From Escherichia phage A4, in sequence record ON286972: a DNA stretch of 64,000 bases. The stretch is one strand, 5' to 3'. The notes under the pieces are model-generated. The model made no database searches, had not been told where the DNA came from, and worked only from the letters and a program-made list of their open reading frames with translations. Of the stretch, positions 46,422 to 59,217 are shown one piece after another. The translations under genes and the position numbers were made by a program. The first letter of the stretch is position 1; the number at the start of each line of letters is the position of its first letter.

Positions 46422-49085
46422 ATGGCAGGAGAACTCCTATCGCCTGGCGTTTCCATTTCAGTTACTGATGAAAGTATGAGCACTGCTTCCGCACCTGGAA
46501 CAGTACCACTATTCATCATTGCTACCGCAGAAGATAAATTAGTACCAGGTAGCAACACAATCGCTGCTGGAACCACAAAAGCAAATGCTGGTAAGTTGCA
46601 ACTTCTAACTTCTCAGAAAAGTTCACTAGACACTTACGGCACACCGATTTTTCAATCAAGTAATGGTTCAGTTGTTCAAGGTGACGAACTAAACGAATAC
46701 GGCCTACATGCTGCTTATTCTTACCTTGGTATTACTAACCGTGCTTATGTTGTACGTGCAGATATCGACTTGGCACAACTATCACCTTCTGCTACTGCTC
46801 CAACTGGTCCAGTACCAAACGGTACATTGTGGCTAGATGTTGCTCAATCACAAGTTGAAGCATATGTTTCTAAAGTGGATTCACCAACCAGTTTCTATGA
46901 CTGGCAACTAAAACCAGTAACTATTGTTAGTGCTGAAGAAGTTAGTGATGTTAGCCTAGTTGGTATCAACGTTGACGATCTAGTACTACGTTATAAGCCA
47001 AGCAATGGTCAAATGCTAATGTACAAACGTGCAGCATCTGGTCTAGTTCAAGTTGAAACTTACCTTTCACCAATCAACAAAGTACCAGTAGGTAATACAG
47101 TTGAGAAAGGTAATATCTGGATTCGTGATGGATACACTCAAAATGGTGCTAATTACTTCGGTACTCGTTTTGTTATTAAACGTTATGCATCCCTAACTCA
47201 AGTTTGGAATCAAGTACAAGCATTCACTGGTAACAGTTTCCAAGAAATTGAATCCAAAAGTGGTGTTCTAAATAACAGCTTCATCGCTACTCGTTTTGAC
47301 TGGGATAGTAAGAGTTTCTCTTTCTATATTCAAAGTGCAAAACTACCAGCACTAAGTGCTCCAGCGATTCCAGTTGGTGAAACTGTAGTTGTTCAAGCAG
47401 ACCAAGATTCTTACTTGACTTTCTCTTATTTGACCAAAACTGTTAAAGTACTAGCAGTTGCACTAGGTGGTGTTATTAACACTCAAACTATTCTTGACAA
47501 TCTAAATGCTTCATCTGAACTAATCAATGATGGCTTTAAATTTAAAAGAGAAAGTAATGGTGGCCTAGTAATTAATAGTTCTAAAGGTTATAGTTTCAAA
47601 ACTGCACAAAGTGGTAGTGTACTATTTGATGAAGATGAATTTGCAAAACTAACTGTTGATAGTAATAACTATGCTTTGATTAACGTTAACAATTTCCGTG
47701 TTGATAGTAACGTTCCACGTAGTATCGCTAAAGAAGGTACTCTATGGTATGATTTCAGTAATTCTGATAATCTAAATGTTACCATGTATCTAGCTGATGT
47801 TGCTAATGACAAATGGGTTGAAGTTGACGAAGCTAACAAATATGTGCAAGTTGACGAACCTGCTGCTGACCGTACAATCTGGGTTTCTCCTAAATCACAA
47901 GGTATTGATGGCTACGATTTCTATCGTAATGTTAATGGTGAGTGGGTTAAACTTGACAGTACTGATCAAAGTACACTAAACGGTATGATCTTCAAGGACT
48001 TTAACTTCCCTGAACAAGTTCCAGCGGCTGCTCTATACCAAAACGGTATGCTCGCAATCGACCTTGGAAATACTGAAGGTGTGGTTAAGAAAATGATCGA
48101 TGGATTTTGGCATGTTGTCAGTGGTGTTGGTCTTGATGGGAATGGCTTGTTTGGTCGTGCTGCTCAACGCCAATTGGTTGTAGAAGCACTAAATGCAGTT
48201 ATCGTTGGAAACGATGATATCCGTTCTGAATTCATTGACTTTAACCTAATTTCTGTTCCTGGTTATGTTGAATGTTTAGATGAGTGTGTGACCCTAAACA
48301 CCGACCGTAAAGAAACTGCTTTCATCGTAACTGATGTTCCAGCACGTTTGAACCCAACTGGTAACGGTAATGCTGTTCAACAATGGGCAACTAACGCAAA
48401 TAACGCACCAAGTAATGGTGATGTTGGTCGTACTACTGCATATGATTATGCTGCTCAATATATGGGCTGGTGCTTAAGTACTAACGTTGATGGTGAAGAA
48501 GTTGCAGTTCCTGGCAGTACTATTGCAATGCGTACCTATGCATACAGCGACAGCGTAAGTTATGTATGGTATCCACCTGCTGGTACTACTCGTGGTGTTG
48601 TAACAAACGCTGCATCTGTAGGCTTCATCAATGATGAAGGTGAATATCAGCCAGTGGTTTATAACCAAGGTCAACGTGATGTAATGTACACCAACAACAT
48701 TAACCCAATTGCAATGCGTCCAAATCGTGGTTTGCTAGTATATGGTGATAAAACACTATCTCCTAACCAAACTTCCGCATTAAGCCGTGTTAACGTTGCA
48801 CGTTTAGTTGTTTATATTCGTCGTCAACTAGAAATTATTTCTGAACCATTCCTATTCCGTTTGAATACTCCAAGTACTCGTCAGGAATTCAGTGGTGTAG
48901 TTAATAGCTTCCTAGCTGAAATCGTTCAACAACAAGGTCTATATAACTTCGCAGTTGTTTGTGATGAAAGTAACAACACCTCCGAGCGAATTGACCGTAA
49001 CGAACTTTGGATGGATATCGCAATCCAACCTACTAAGTCTATCAACTTCATTTACGTACCGATTCGTATTGAAAAGACTCAATAA
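46422..49085 (+). CDS. tail sheath protein
   Basis: 887 aa; N-terminus MAGELLSPGVSISVTDES resembles T4 gp18 MTLLSPGIEL; followed by tube-like genes. Confidence 0.6.
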   Translation: MAGELLSPGVSISVTDESMSTASAPGTVPLFIIATAEDKLVPGSNTIAAGTTKANAGKLQLLTSQKSSLDTYGTPIFQSSNGSVVQGDELNEYGLHAAYSYLGITNRAYVVRADIDLAQLSPSATAPTGPVPNGTLWLDVAQSQVEAYVSKVDSPTSFYDWQLKPVTIVSAEEVSDVSLVGINVDDLVLRYKPSNGQMLMYKRAASGLVQVETYLSPINKVPVGNTVEKGNIWIRDGYTQNGANYFGTRFVIKRYASLTQVWNQVQAFTGNSFQEIESKSGVLNNSFIATRFDWDSKSFSFYIQSAKLPALSAPAIPVGETVVVQADQDSYLTFSYLTKTVKVLAVALGGVINTQTILDNLNASSELINDGFKFKRESNGGLVINSSKGYSFKTAQSGSVLFDEDEFAKLTVDSNNYALINVNNFRVDSNVPRSIAKEGTLWYDFSNSDNLNVTMYLADVANDKWVEVDEANKYVQVDEPAADRTIWVSPKSQGIDGYDFYRNVNGEWVKLDSTDQSTLNGMIFKDFNFPEQVPAAALYQNGMLAIDLGNTEGVVKKMIDGFWHVVSGVGLDGNGLFGRAAQRQLVVEALNAVIVGNDDIRSEFIDFNLISVPGYVECLDECVTLNTDRKETAFIVTDVPARLNPTGNGNAVQQWATNANNAPSNGDVGRTTAYDYAAQYMGWCLSTNVDGEEVAVPGSTIAMRTYAYSDSVSYVWYPPAGTTRGVVTNAASVGFINDEGEYQPVVYNQGQRDVMYTNNINPIAMRPNRGLLVYGDKTLSPNQTSALSRVNVARLVVYIRRQLEIISEPFLFRLNTPSTRQEFSGVVNSFLAEIVQQQGLYNFAVVCDESNNTSERIDRNELWMDIAIQPTKSINFIYVPIRIEKTQ

Positions 49086-49092
49086 CACACTA

Positions 49093-49118
49093 AGGGAACC
49101 ATATGGTTCCCTTTTTTA
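49093..49118 (+). terminator. rho-independent terminator
   Basis: AGGGAACC-ATAT-GGTTCCCT then TTTTT. Confidence 0.6.
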
Positions 49119-49163
49119 TTGTTTAAATTAAATACCATATATTCAGTAAGGTGAGAGGGATAT

Positions 49164-49334
49164 ATGGACGAAATAATTAAAAGTATCCTACAAGAATTGG
49201 CCTTTAATTCAGAATCACAAGAAGAAGCCCAAAATCTTATAGAAGCCTTAATGGAAGTATTAAAAGATGTGGGTATTGTGAGTGATTTTTCTGCTTATAC
49301 AAATGGTAGATGGTCAGTTCGGTGTAAGGTTTAA
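49164..49334 (+). CDS. small hypothetical protein (56 aa)
   Basis: below track cutoff; GAGAGGGA upstream. Confidence 0.25.
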   Translation: MDEIIKSILQELAFNSESQEEAQNLIEALMEVLKDVGIVSDFSAYTNGRWSVRCKV

Positions 49335-49435
49335 GCTATATACTGGTGAATTCCAGTACACATATTGTATTAATATGGATTGGTTCCCTATAGATAAAAC
49401 ATATCATTAAGTACTACATAAAGTATGTTAATTTT

Positions 49436-49443
49436 TATAAATA
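49436..49443 (+). promoter_or_regulatory. T4-type late promoter-like TATAAATA
   Basis: exact TATAAATA ~38 bp upstream of tail-tube-like gene. Confidence 0.35.
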
Positions 49444-49480
49444 ATATAAAGATCTCATTTCCTAATAGGAGAATTAATTA

Positions 49481-50164
49481 ATGGCTACTATGCTAGATCG
49501 ATATGGCGTTCCGCTTGCTGGTGGTGGTCGTATTTCAATGAAACAACCAAAAGCAAAATATAAATTCCGTGTAATTTTCTTTGGTTTTGGTGCCAATGAT
49601 GATGGCAACATGATTACACTAGATACAAACACTGTTGGTGCAGTATCTGTATCGCATGAAAACGTAACTGTTCATAGTTATAACAGTTCCGCACACTATA
49701 AAGGCAAATATACTTGGGATGCGATTGAAGTTGCTTTCCGTGATTCAGTTGGTAATGCTTCAGCAAAAGCACTTTACAACCAAATGCGTAAAGAATTCAA
49801 CTACTATAGTCAAGAATCTCGTATGACTGATTCCCAGTTTAAATTTGAAATGTGGATTCAAGAACTAGATGGTTCTAACAGCGAAAATGCAACAAACCTT
49901 TTTGAAGGTACTCTAAGTACTTGGGTTTGTCAGGGTTGCTTTATTGAATCCAGCAACTTTGGTGATTGGGATTACTCTTCAAGCGAAGCACAAGTTATTA
50001 CAATGAGTGTTCAACCAGATGGTTGTGCTAAGTTGGGTCCAAACGGTGAAGCATTCGGTGATGAAGTTACTGGTTTCGGTAACCCAAGTACTGCATCTTC
50101 TATTAGTGGTGCACAAACCAACATTAGTAGTACTACACTACCTGATACAAACTTCTTTGATTAA
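49481..50164 (+). CDS. tail tube-like protein, paralog 1
   Basis: YGVPLAGGGRISMKQPKAKYKFRVIFFGFG parallels next gene; position after sheath. Confidence 0.45.
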   Translation: MATMLDRYGVPLAGGGRISMKQPKAKYKFRVIFFGFGANDDGNMITLDTNTVGAVSVSHENVTVHSYNSSAHYKGKYTWDAIEVAFRDSVGNASAKALYNQMRKEFNYYSQESRMTDSQFKFEMWIQELDGSNSENATNLFEGTLSTWVCQGCFIESSNFGDWDYSSSEAQVITMSVQPDGCAKLGPNGEAFGDEVTGFGNPSTASSISGAQTNISSTTLPDTNFFD

Positions 50165-50181
50165 TTAAAGATACTTCTAAA

Positions 50182-50209
50182 GCCTCGAAACTATTTCGGG
50201 GCTTTTTTT
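50182..50209 (+). terminator. rho-independent terminator
   Basis: GCCTCGAAA-CTA-TTTCGGGGC then TTTTTTT. Confidence 0.55.
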
Positions 50210-50251
50210 ATGCTAAATAAAGTATAATACCTTAAATTAAAAGAGGTTGCT

Positions 50252-51028
50252 ATGGCAAAAAACATGATTAGTAAATATGGCGTTCCATTACCATCGGGAA
50301 GAAATAAAACAATGCTACAACCTAAAGCTAAGTATAAATTTAGAGTTATTGTTTATAATTTCGGTACTGATATTGATGAGCGTGATCACATCGCATTAGA
50401 TGTTGATAAAGTTGATAGACCAACAGTAACATTCAGTACTCATAAGTTGAACCATTTTACTACCAATACTACATATATTGGTAATCATAACTGGGAACCC
50501 ATCACACTAACAATTCGTGATTCAATCGGTAATGAAAGTGCTAAAGCATTGTCTAGACAGTTACAAAAACAATTAGATTTTCAAAGACGTATTACCTCCA
50601 GAAGTGAACAAGACTATGGTTCGTATAAATTTGGTATGGTTATTCAAATGCTAAATGGACGTAACACAGATGATAGTATTGAAGATTTGGCAAGAAATAC
50701 GGCTGTTTCTGCTGCAACCGCAGTGACAAATAATGGTGGGTTAGTTAACGCAGTAGATCAATTCATCGGCGGCTCCAACTATAATAGTGCTGGTGTAATG
50801 GAATACTTTGTTCTTACAGGGTGTATCATCACCAATATTAGTTACGATTCATTGGAATATAGCTCCAGTGCACCAGTAACTATGGATATTACAATTAAGC
50901 CTGATAATTGTATTCAATTTGATAATATTGAAGAAATGTATAGTACTCGCATTAATTCATTACTACCAGAAAAAGTTAATCAGGGACTAGATATCATTGA
51001 CCGTGTATTCGGTAATATAGGTTTTTAA
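50252..51028 (+). CDS. tail tube-like protein, paralog 2
   Basis: YGVPLPSGRNKTMLQPKAKYKFRVIVYNFG. Confidence 0.45.
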   Translation: MAKNMISKYGVPLPSGRNKTMLQPKAKYKFRVIVYNFGTDIDERDHIALDVDKVDRPTVTFSTHKLNHFTTNTTYIGNHNWEPITLTIRDSIGNESAKALSRQLQKQLDFQRRITSRSEQDYGSYKFGMVIQMLNGRNTDDSIEDLARNTAVSAATAVTNNGGLVNAVDQFIGGSNYNSAGVMEYFVLTGCIITNISYDSLEYSSSAPVTMDITIKPDNCIQFDNIEEMYSTRINSLLPEKVNQGLDIIDRVFGNIGF

Positions 51029-51038
51029 GGAGAGTACT

Positions 51039-53152
<2,114 letters not shown>

Positions 53153-53180
53153 CTTAAACGACCATTAATGGAGTTATTAA

Positions 53181-53711
53181 ATGAACAAACTACAACAAAT
53201 TCTAACAGAAAATAAACCTGTATATGAATATCGTGTCAAATTTGCATTTGAACCTAGTACTGAACAATTGAGTAAAGTTACCCAACGTCTAGTAGATCGC
53301 TATGATGCTTTCGAAGTTGGTGCTCTGAAGAAAACTATTTTCATGGAAAAACCACTAGACTTTTATGAACTAGATTGTGGTGAAATCTGGATGTTTGATT
53401 TCAAATGCAATCGTGGCGTACAGTCTAATGTACTAATGTATGAAATTGGAAACCTTCTATCTGTTACTGAAGCACTTATTCGTGTTCGCGGTAAAGATGA
53501 ACCACGTCAAATTGAAATGTCCATCAGTGAAGATGACGTTGATTTTGACGAAATTCGTGTTATCGGAAAAGATTTCGGTGATGCAGTAGATAGTACTGGT
53601 ATTTCTGGTCAAGAACGTGCTGATAAAGCAGTTGAAGACGCAAAAGAAGAGATTAAACGTGATAATAAATACTCTCAATATATGAGTGCTGGTTTTGGTA
53701 AAAAGGAATAA
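53181..53711 (+). CDS. hypothetical protein
   Basis: 176-aa ORF. Confidence 0.45.
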   Translation: MNKLQQILTENKPVYEYRVKFAFEPSTEQLSKVTQRLVDRYDAFEVGALKKTIFMEKPLDFYELDCGEIWMFDFKCNRGVQSNVLMYEIGNLLSVTEALIRVRGKDEPRQIEMSISEDDVDFDEIRVIGKDFGDAVDSTGISGQERADKAVEDAKEEIKRDNKYSQYMSAGFGKKE

Positions 53712-53714
53712 ACG

Positions 53715-54266
53715 ATGAGTATACTTAATGAAATGTTTGAGTATGAGGACAATGAACTGAATGAAGCTCGTCCTTATAGTCGTTCTCAAAGTGCTATTGA
53801 TAGTGCTAAAGGGAAAGTAAAAGGTATGTTCGGTAGTGGGCAGATTGAGCAAGGTGCACAGGAAGTTGGTGCAGAAGCTAACCGCCTATGGGCTGAATTT
53901 AAACGATATATTGGTAAAAAATATGGTAAAGCACAAAGCTCTGTTCCATATGCTGATGTTGCACAATTCTTCAAAGGTAATCAATTGGATGTGAAATTCC
54001 TCGGTAATAATCAACGCCGTTCTTTTACACCAAAAGATGTTGGTAACGCTCTATTACAGGCTGCTCGTGAATACATGAACACATATCGTGATCAAGAAGA
54101 GCCAGCACCAGCTAAACCACAAAGTGAACCAGCAGCAGCACCACAAGCTTCAAATGAACCACCACAACCAGCGGCGAATCCATCTACCCAATCACAAGGT
54201 ATTGCTGGTATTCTACAAGGTCTAAGTCCTGCTGAACGTGAGCAACTACTTCGAATGATTTCGTAA
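53715..54266 (+). CDS. hypothetical protein with Pro/Ala/Gln-rich C-terminus
   Basis: 183-aa ORF. Confidence 0.45.
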   Translation: MSILNEMFEYEDNELNEARPYSRSQSAIDSAKGKVKGMFGSGQIEQGAQEVGAEANRLWAEFKRYIGKKYGKAQSSVPYADVAQFFKGNQLDVKFLGNNQRRSFTPKDVGNALLQAAREYMNTYRDQEEPAPAKPQSEPAAAPQASNEPPQPAANPSTQSQGIAGILQGLSPAEREQLLRMIS

Positions 54267-54278
54267 GGGGATAATACA

Positions 54279-55751
54279 ATGCTTAAATTATTCAGTACTG
54301 AAAGTACGGTAGTTCCTAATGGGTATATCTATACTTCCCATACTGGAGCAAAATATGTCTTCTTAGAAGGTATGTGGTTCAATGATAGTAATATGATGAT
54401 GGTTGATCCACAAAAATATCCAAATATGTATGCTTGTGCTCGACAACAAATTGTTGAGCACAACAATAAATCAAACACTGCATTTAAAATTGGCGAAAAC
54501 TATCTTCACAATGGAAAAGAGTGTACGTTCATCGGTGAAAGCCGCTTCCATAGTGATGACGGTACTATTCTTTCTGAAAGTGAAGTGATTACAGAACTAA
54601 TGGGTGATGAACAACGTGTATATCAAGTTTCCAAAGAAACTCTACAAAAAGAGTGGAGTACTTTGAAATTTTATATTCTACCCCCACATGCACAAGATAT
54701 TTCTATCCCAGCAGGTATGGTAGTTCAAGGATATAAGTTTATTCCTAACAGTCATCGCTTTGTTGAACTAAAAAGCGGTCGCCCTGTAAGCCCAGAAATG
54801 ACACGTAAACTAAGTGAAGAAGGTCTTCGCATTGCTCGCCAATTATCTACAAACAATAAACTAATCCCATTGAAATCTGTATTGATTCAAGGTAATGTTC
54901 GTTCTGAATGGAACGGTAAAGAATTTTGCGATAATGACGGTAATGTGGTAGTATCTGAACAAGGCTCGAAAGCTATTTTCCAAGCATATTCACAGTTCGT
55001 TAAGGCAAATCCTGAAGATTTTCCTTCTTTAACTGGTGCTAGTACTGGTGAAGAACAACGTTTTGGTTCTGTACCGAAGCCAGAAAAAGTTACCGAAGCT
55101 GAAGATGAACCAGCAGTTGGTGTACCAGATGGATACCGTTTTACTTCTGGTAAAAACAAAACTTATGCTAAACAACGTGGTGCTTGGTTTGATGTTGAAA
55201 CTAAAAAACAACTAAATTCAGGTGCTGCACAAAGTATTGAGCGTGCTGCACAACAAGCTATTCTTAAACATAACGAATCCGGTGCAATGAAAATCGGAAC
55301 AAAAGTTACTTCTAAGAAAGGCAAAGAATATGTATACGTTGGTGGTGATCGATTCATTGGTCCAGATGGTAAAATGATTCCAAAAAGTGCTGCACAAGCT
55401 ATTCTGGATCGTTTTGAATCTTCTAAATCAGAGAATGAACCTAAACCAAATGACGCACCACAAGAAGAACCAAAAGCACAAGAAGAACCTAAACCTGAAG
55501 CACAGGCTGAACCGAAAGAAGAACCAAAGGAAGAGCCTAAACCAGAACCGACCCCTGAACCAGAAGTTGAGCAAGGGAATGGTATGGAAGCACTTGCATC
55601 ACAAATTAAATCTTCTCCTTATGCGAAAAAGATTACAGTACTGCTAACCCGTGGTGATAAGGTTTCTTTACTAGCCGCTGACATTCTATTAGCTGGTAAT
55701 AAAGATGAAGTAGTGCAGATTTTAAAATCATTAAATAATAATGATGAATAA
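54279..55751 (+). CDS. hypothetical protein with internal duplicated segments and EPK-rich linker
   Basis: 490 aa; recurring G.KY.F.EG / KIGTKVTSKKGKEYVYVGGDRF-like blocks. Confidence 0.45.
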   Translation: MLKLFSTESTVVPNGYIYTSHTGAKYVFLEGMWFNDSNMMMVDPQKYPNMYACARQQIVEHNNKSNTAFKIGENYLHNGKECTFIGESRFHSDDGTILSESEVITELMGDEQRVYQVSKETLQKEWSTLKFYILPPHAQDISIPAGMVVQGYKFIPNSHRFVELKSGRPVSPEMTRKLSEEGLRIARQLSTNNKLIPLKSVLIQGNVRSEWNGKEFCDNDGNVVVSEQGSKAIFQAYSQFVKANPEDFPSLTGASTGEEQRFGSVPKPEKVTEAEDEPAVGVPDGYRFTSGKNKTYAKQRGAWFDVETKKQLNSGAAQSIERAAQQAILKHNESGAMKIGTKVTSKKGKEYVYVGGDRFIGPDGKMIPKSAAQAILDRFESSKSENEPKPNDAPQEEPKAQEEPKPEAQAEPKEEPKEEPKPEPTPEPEVEQGNGMEALASQIKSSPYAKKITVLLTRGDKVSLLAADILLAGNKDEVVQILKSLNNNDE

Positions 55752-55764
55752 CTAAAAGGATTTA

Positions 55765-56715
55765 TTGAAAATGGCAAAAAAAATTAATGAAGCACAGGTT
55801 AAAATTGATATTGCTGGTCTAGAATCTGATGATCTAGAAGCACTATCCCGTATGCTTGCACTAGCTGGTCAAGCTGAAAAGCAATCATCCGTAGCACCTA
55901 CTGTTTCTCCAATCGCTCCACTTGACTTCGGTTCTTTTGGTGGTTCAGCGGAAGAACCAGAAGTTGTTGCTCCAGAAATGGGTGCTGATGTAGCACCTGT
56001 TCCAGAAATTGGTGAAGAAGACCCACTAGCACAAGCTGTTGATGATCTATCTGGTTCAGTAACTGATTTCGGTGCTGATGCAGAAGGTGAAGCTGACATT
56101 CCAGTTATCGATGTTGAAGCTCCTGGTGAAGAAGATGAACTTTCTCTTGACATGAGTGGTCAACCTAAGCTAGAATCTACTCTATCAGATGAAGACGAAG
56201 AAGTTATTGAAGAAGAATTCGATTTCGGTCGTATGATGTCTCTAGCTGGTCTTCCTGTTACTGAAGCAGTAGATGAAGATGAAGAAGAAATTGAAGAAGA
56301 AGTTACTGAATCTCAAATCCTTCCTGACCTAAGTCTAGAAGAAGAGAGTCCAGCACTTGACACAACTGATTTTGGTCCTTTCCGTTCTGAATACGATGCT
56401 GTTCAAGATGGTCAAGCTAAAACCAATGGTGTTGAAGGTGATAACTTCATCGTAGTTCCTAAAGGAAACCAATTCTACTGGAGACGTGTTGTTCAAGAAG
56501 AACTTGACAATGTTCCAAATCCAGAAGAATATGATAATGAAGGCAATGTACATCGTGTACATGAATTCAAGCCAAAAGCACCTGGTACTGCTCTAGGTGA
56601 TAACCCACTTAATGTTTACGAAGCTGAAGAAGAAGAGTCTGAAGAAGACGAATCTGTAGAAGACATTTTTGAAAGTCTCCAAAGTAAGTACAATAAGTTT
56701 CTAGGAGATAAGTAA
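55765..56715 (+). CDS. highly acidic protein
   Basis: 316 aa, Asp/Glu-rich. Confidence 0.45.
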   Translation: MKMAKKINEAQVKIDIAGLESDDLEALSRMLALAGQAEKQSSVAPTVSPIAPLDFGSFGGSAEEPEVVAPEMGADVAPVPEIGEEDPLAQAVDDLSGSVTDFGADAEGEADIPVIDVEAPGEEDELSLDMSGQPKLESTLSDEDEEVIEEEFDFGRMMSLAGLPVTEAVDEDEEEIEEEVTESQILPDLSLEEESPALDTTDFGPFRSEYDAVQDGQAKTNGVEGDNFIVVPKGNQFYWRRVVQEELDNVPNPEEYDNEGNVHRVHEFKPKAPGTALGDNPLNVYEAEEEESEEDESVEDIFESLQSKYNKFLGDK

Positions 56716-56716
56716 T

Positions 56717-57118
56717 ATGTCATACAGCTATCGTGAACTAGTGGAATCACTAGATGCGATTATGGCAGAAGAAGAAGTTCCTCAAGAAGAAAATGGTATC
56801 GTTGTCCAAGAAGATTCGGACAACGTTATCGTTGATTTACTAAAGGAAATCACTACATCTTTAGTTGCTTTAGTTGATAAAGCAAAAGAAGAAGGTTCTG
56901 ACCATAAAGAAATCGCAGAAAAACTTAAAAAAGCATGTGACATTTTGGCAGATGTGGAATATAATGATGACTTAGAAGCGAAAGACAGTACTAAAGAAAT
57001 TGAAGAAGATTTCGGTACTGAAGATATGGCTCCTAAAGTTGACAGTGAAGGTCATCGTAGCTATAAAGTTAAAGATGCTCCTTCTTATGCTGCCAGACAA
57101 GGTTTTGTGGGGATGTAA
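56717..57118 (+). CDS. acidic hypothetical protein
   Basis: 133-aa ORF, ATGTAATATG junction. Confidence 0.45.
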   Translation: MSYSYRELVESLDAIMAEEEVPQEENGIVVQEDSDNVIVDLLKEITTSLVALVDKAKEEGSDHKEIAEKLKKACDILADVEYNDDLEAKDSTKEIEEDFGTEDMAPKVDSEGHRSYKVKDAPSYAARQGFVGM

Positions 57119-57120
57119 TT

Positions 57121-57465
57121 ATGATACCACAACCCACTAACAGCACTGAATTTCAAAATGAAGTACTTATAAAAGTTAAAGAAGTACATGAATCGGACGC
57201 TGAAATCACTGACAGAATGCTTCTGATGTCTATTTTTGAAAACTTCAGAACTGGTGGTGGTTTGAGGCTTAGTAAGTATGGATTTATGATTTGTGAAGAA
57301 AATAATCTTTATGAATTTACAAAAATCCCCTTGCTAAGAGAGTTCAAAAGCTCTATAATATTTACATCGCTTGATAGAATATGTAGAAGTCCTTATTATG
57401 TTGATGGCTACTACATATATCTCTCCGACGCAATGATAGTTACTGAATTAACATTGTGTCGGTGA
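57121..57465 (+). CDS. hypothetical protein
   Basis: 114-aa ORF. Confidence 0.4.
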   Translation: MIPQPTNSTEFQNEVLIKVKEVHESDAEITDRMLLMSIFENFRTGGGLRLSKYGFMICEENNLYEFTKIPLLREFKSSIIFTSLDRICRSPYYVDGYYIYLSDAMIVTELTLCR

Positions 57466-57529
57466 TGATTTCAAGCAGTTATTTTCGATGCATATGTAGA
57501 ACGCTTCGAAAATAAAAATGAAAAAGATG

Positions 57530-57557
57530 TTGACAGTACAGATTAACGTGATATAAT
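57530..57557 (+). promoter_or_regulatory. sigma70-type promoter P1 (TTGACA-16-TGaTATAAT)
   Basis: TTGACA 57530-57535, extended -10 GTGATATAAT ending 57557, A-tract upstream. Confidence 0.55.
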
Positions 57558-57622
57558 GAACGTCACGAAGCAAGATTTCAAAATCACAAGATGTGAGATT
57601 GAAAAAGAAAGAAAAAAAGTTG

Positions 57623-57650
57623 TTGACAAGCCTGAACGATGTGATATAAT
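57623..57650 (+). promoter_or_regulatory. sigma70-type promoter P2 (TTGACA-16-TGaTATAAT)
   Basis: near-identical to P1, 93 bp downstream; A-tract upstream. Confidence 0.55.
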
Positions 57651-57817
57651 GACCACATCAAGACGGCAAACAAGATTGACCTTTTTAAACACACGGATGA
57701 TTCACTGAAGATAAGGAACTGATAAGTTAAAATACTTTTAACACAGTTCCTTTACTTTTGCCAACGGATTGGTTATAATATAAACCTAGTTTTTTATCCA
57801 ACAAAAGGAAAATACAC

Positions 57818-59143
57818 ATGAGCGAACAACAAGATATCCTGAACGTAAAACTGACTCCTAAGAAAGCAAAAATGGCTATGGCTCTGGCAGATAAAATTCA
57901 GGATAGTCTGATGATTTGGGGTAGCCCTGGTATCGGTAAGTCTGCGATTGCACGTCAATACGCTGACGAGAACTATCCTCTTCGTAAGGATAACTTGGCT
58001 AAAATCGAGTTCATGAAACAACAAATTGAAGTTGATACTGAAAATGCTGATGCACTTCGCCGCGAACTGGCAGCGTTTGAAGCAAAACTGATTGACCAAG
58101 ACACTAACTTCATCGACTTCCGTCTGTCACAGATTGAACCAAGTGACCTACGTGGTATCCCAGTCCCTGAAAAAGTGTTCCTGGATATGGATGGCAAACA
58201 ACTGATTGAATCTGAACTGGAAACAGCTAAAGATTACATTGCTGAAACAGCAGTTGTATGGGCAGCACCTAAAGTACTGAAACTGTCTCCAGATTGGAAA
58301 GGTGTTATCCTGTTTGACGAAATTAACTCTGCTATGCCGATTGTACAGGCAGCGTCTTATCAGCTAATCCTCGACCGTTGTGTTGGTGAGATGAAGCTAC
58401 CTAAGACTGCACTGATTCTCGCAGCAGGTAACCGTGAAACTGATGGCGGCGTAACGTTCTCTCTGGCAACGCCACTACGTGACCGTATGACCCACATCGA
58501 AATGGTTCCTTACCATCAAGATTGGATTGACGATTACGCGATTGCTAAGCGTTTGAACCCAGGTACTGTTGCGTTCATCAACAACACTGGTGCTAAGTAC
58601 TTCAACACCCTTAGCCCACAAGATCCTTCTCACAGTGGTGGTACTTCTCCACGTTCATGGGAAGCAGTAGCACGCTACGAAGACCTGAAGAAAGGCAACA
58701 ACATTGATAAAGAAGTGTTCCGTGCTCTAATCGCTGGTCGTGTTGGTGAAGGTGTAGCAACTGAATATATCGAATACGTAGAAAACGTATCTAAACTACC
58801 AGATACTATGTCCATCCTACAGGGTGAGATTAAAGAGATTGATGCAACGCTGGATATTTCTGCGAACTACTTCATCTCTCTGAATCTGGTTTATAAAATT
58901 ATCGACCTGTACAATGAGAAGCAAGAACAACGTCTTCCAGTTGAAGAGTGGGGCAAGCTGTGCAACAACTTCATCACCTTCCTGGACCGTAACTTCTCCG
59001 AAACTCAGGCAGAACTGGCAGTACTAGCAATTCGTACCATCACTCAACATAAGGTAGCGATTGCGTACAAAGATGTTCCAGCGTTCAAAGACTTCGTTAT
59101 GAAGTACTCTGACCTAGTACGCAAAGCACGTTCTCTTGGTTAA
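57818..59143 (+). CDS. AAA+ ATPase (MoxR/CobS-like)
   Basis: Walker A WGSPGIGKS, Walker B ILFDEINSA; CTG/CGT-rich codon usage unlike neighbours. Confidence 0.65.
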   Translation: MSEQQDILNVKLTPKKAKMAMALADKIQDSLMIWGSPGIGKSAIARQYADENYPLRKDNLAKIEFMKQQIEVDTENADALRRELAAFEAKLIDQDTNFIDFRLSQIEPSDLRGIPVPEKVFLDMDGKQLIESELETAKDYIAETAVVWAAPKVLKLSPDWKGVILFDEINSAMPIVQAASYQLILDRCVGEMKLPKTALILAAGNRETDGGVTFSLATPLRDRMTHIEMVPYHQDWIDDYAIAKRLNPGTVAFINNTGAKYFNTLSPQDPSHSGGTSPRSWEAVARYEDLKKGNNIDKEVFRALIAGRVGEGVATEYIEYVENVSKLPDTMSILQGEIKEIDATLDISANYFISLNLVYKIIDLYNEKQEQRLPVEEWGKLCNNFITFLDRNFSETQAELAVLAIRTITQHKVAIAYKDVPAFKDFVMKYSDLVRKARSLG

Positions 59144-59217
59144 TAACTAAAAGAATGTTTGACAAGAAGGATGCCACATGGTATCCTTCTTTTATCTTAA
59201 CTAAACGAGGAAATATC

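Noticed and set aside
57751-57779. Third promoter (TATAAT at 57774-57779) just upstream of the AAA+ gene
   Set aside because: No acceptable -35 element at 16-18 bp spacing (TTGCCA lies only about 9 bp upstream).
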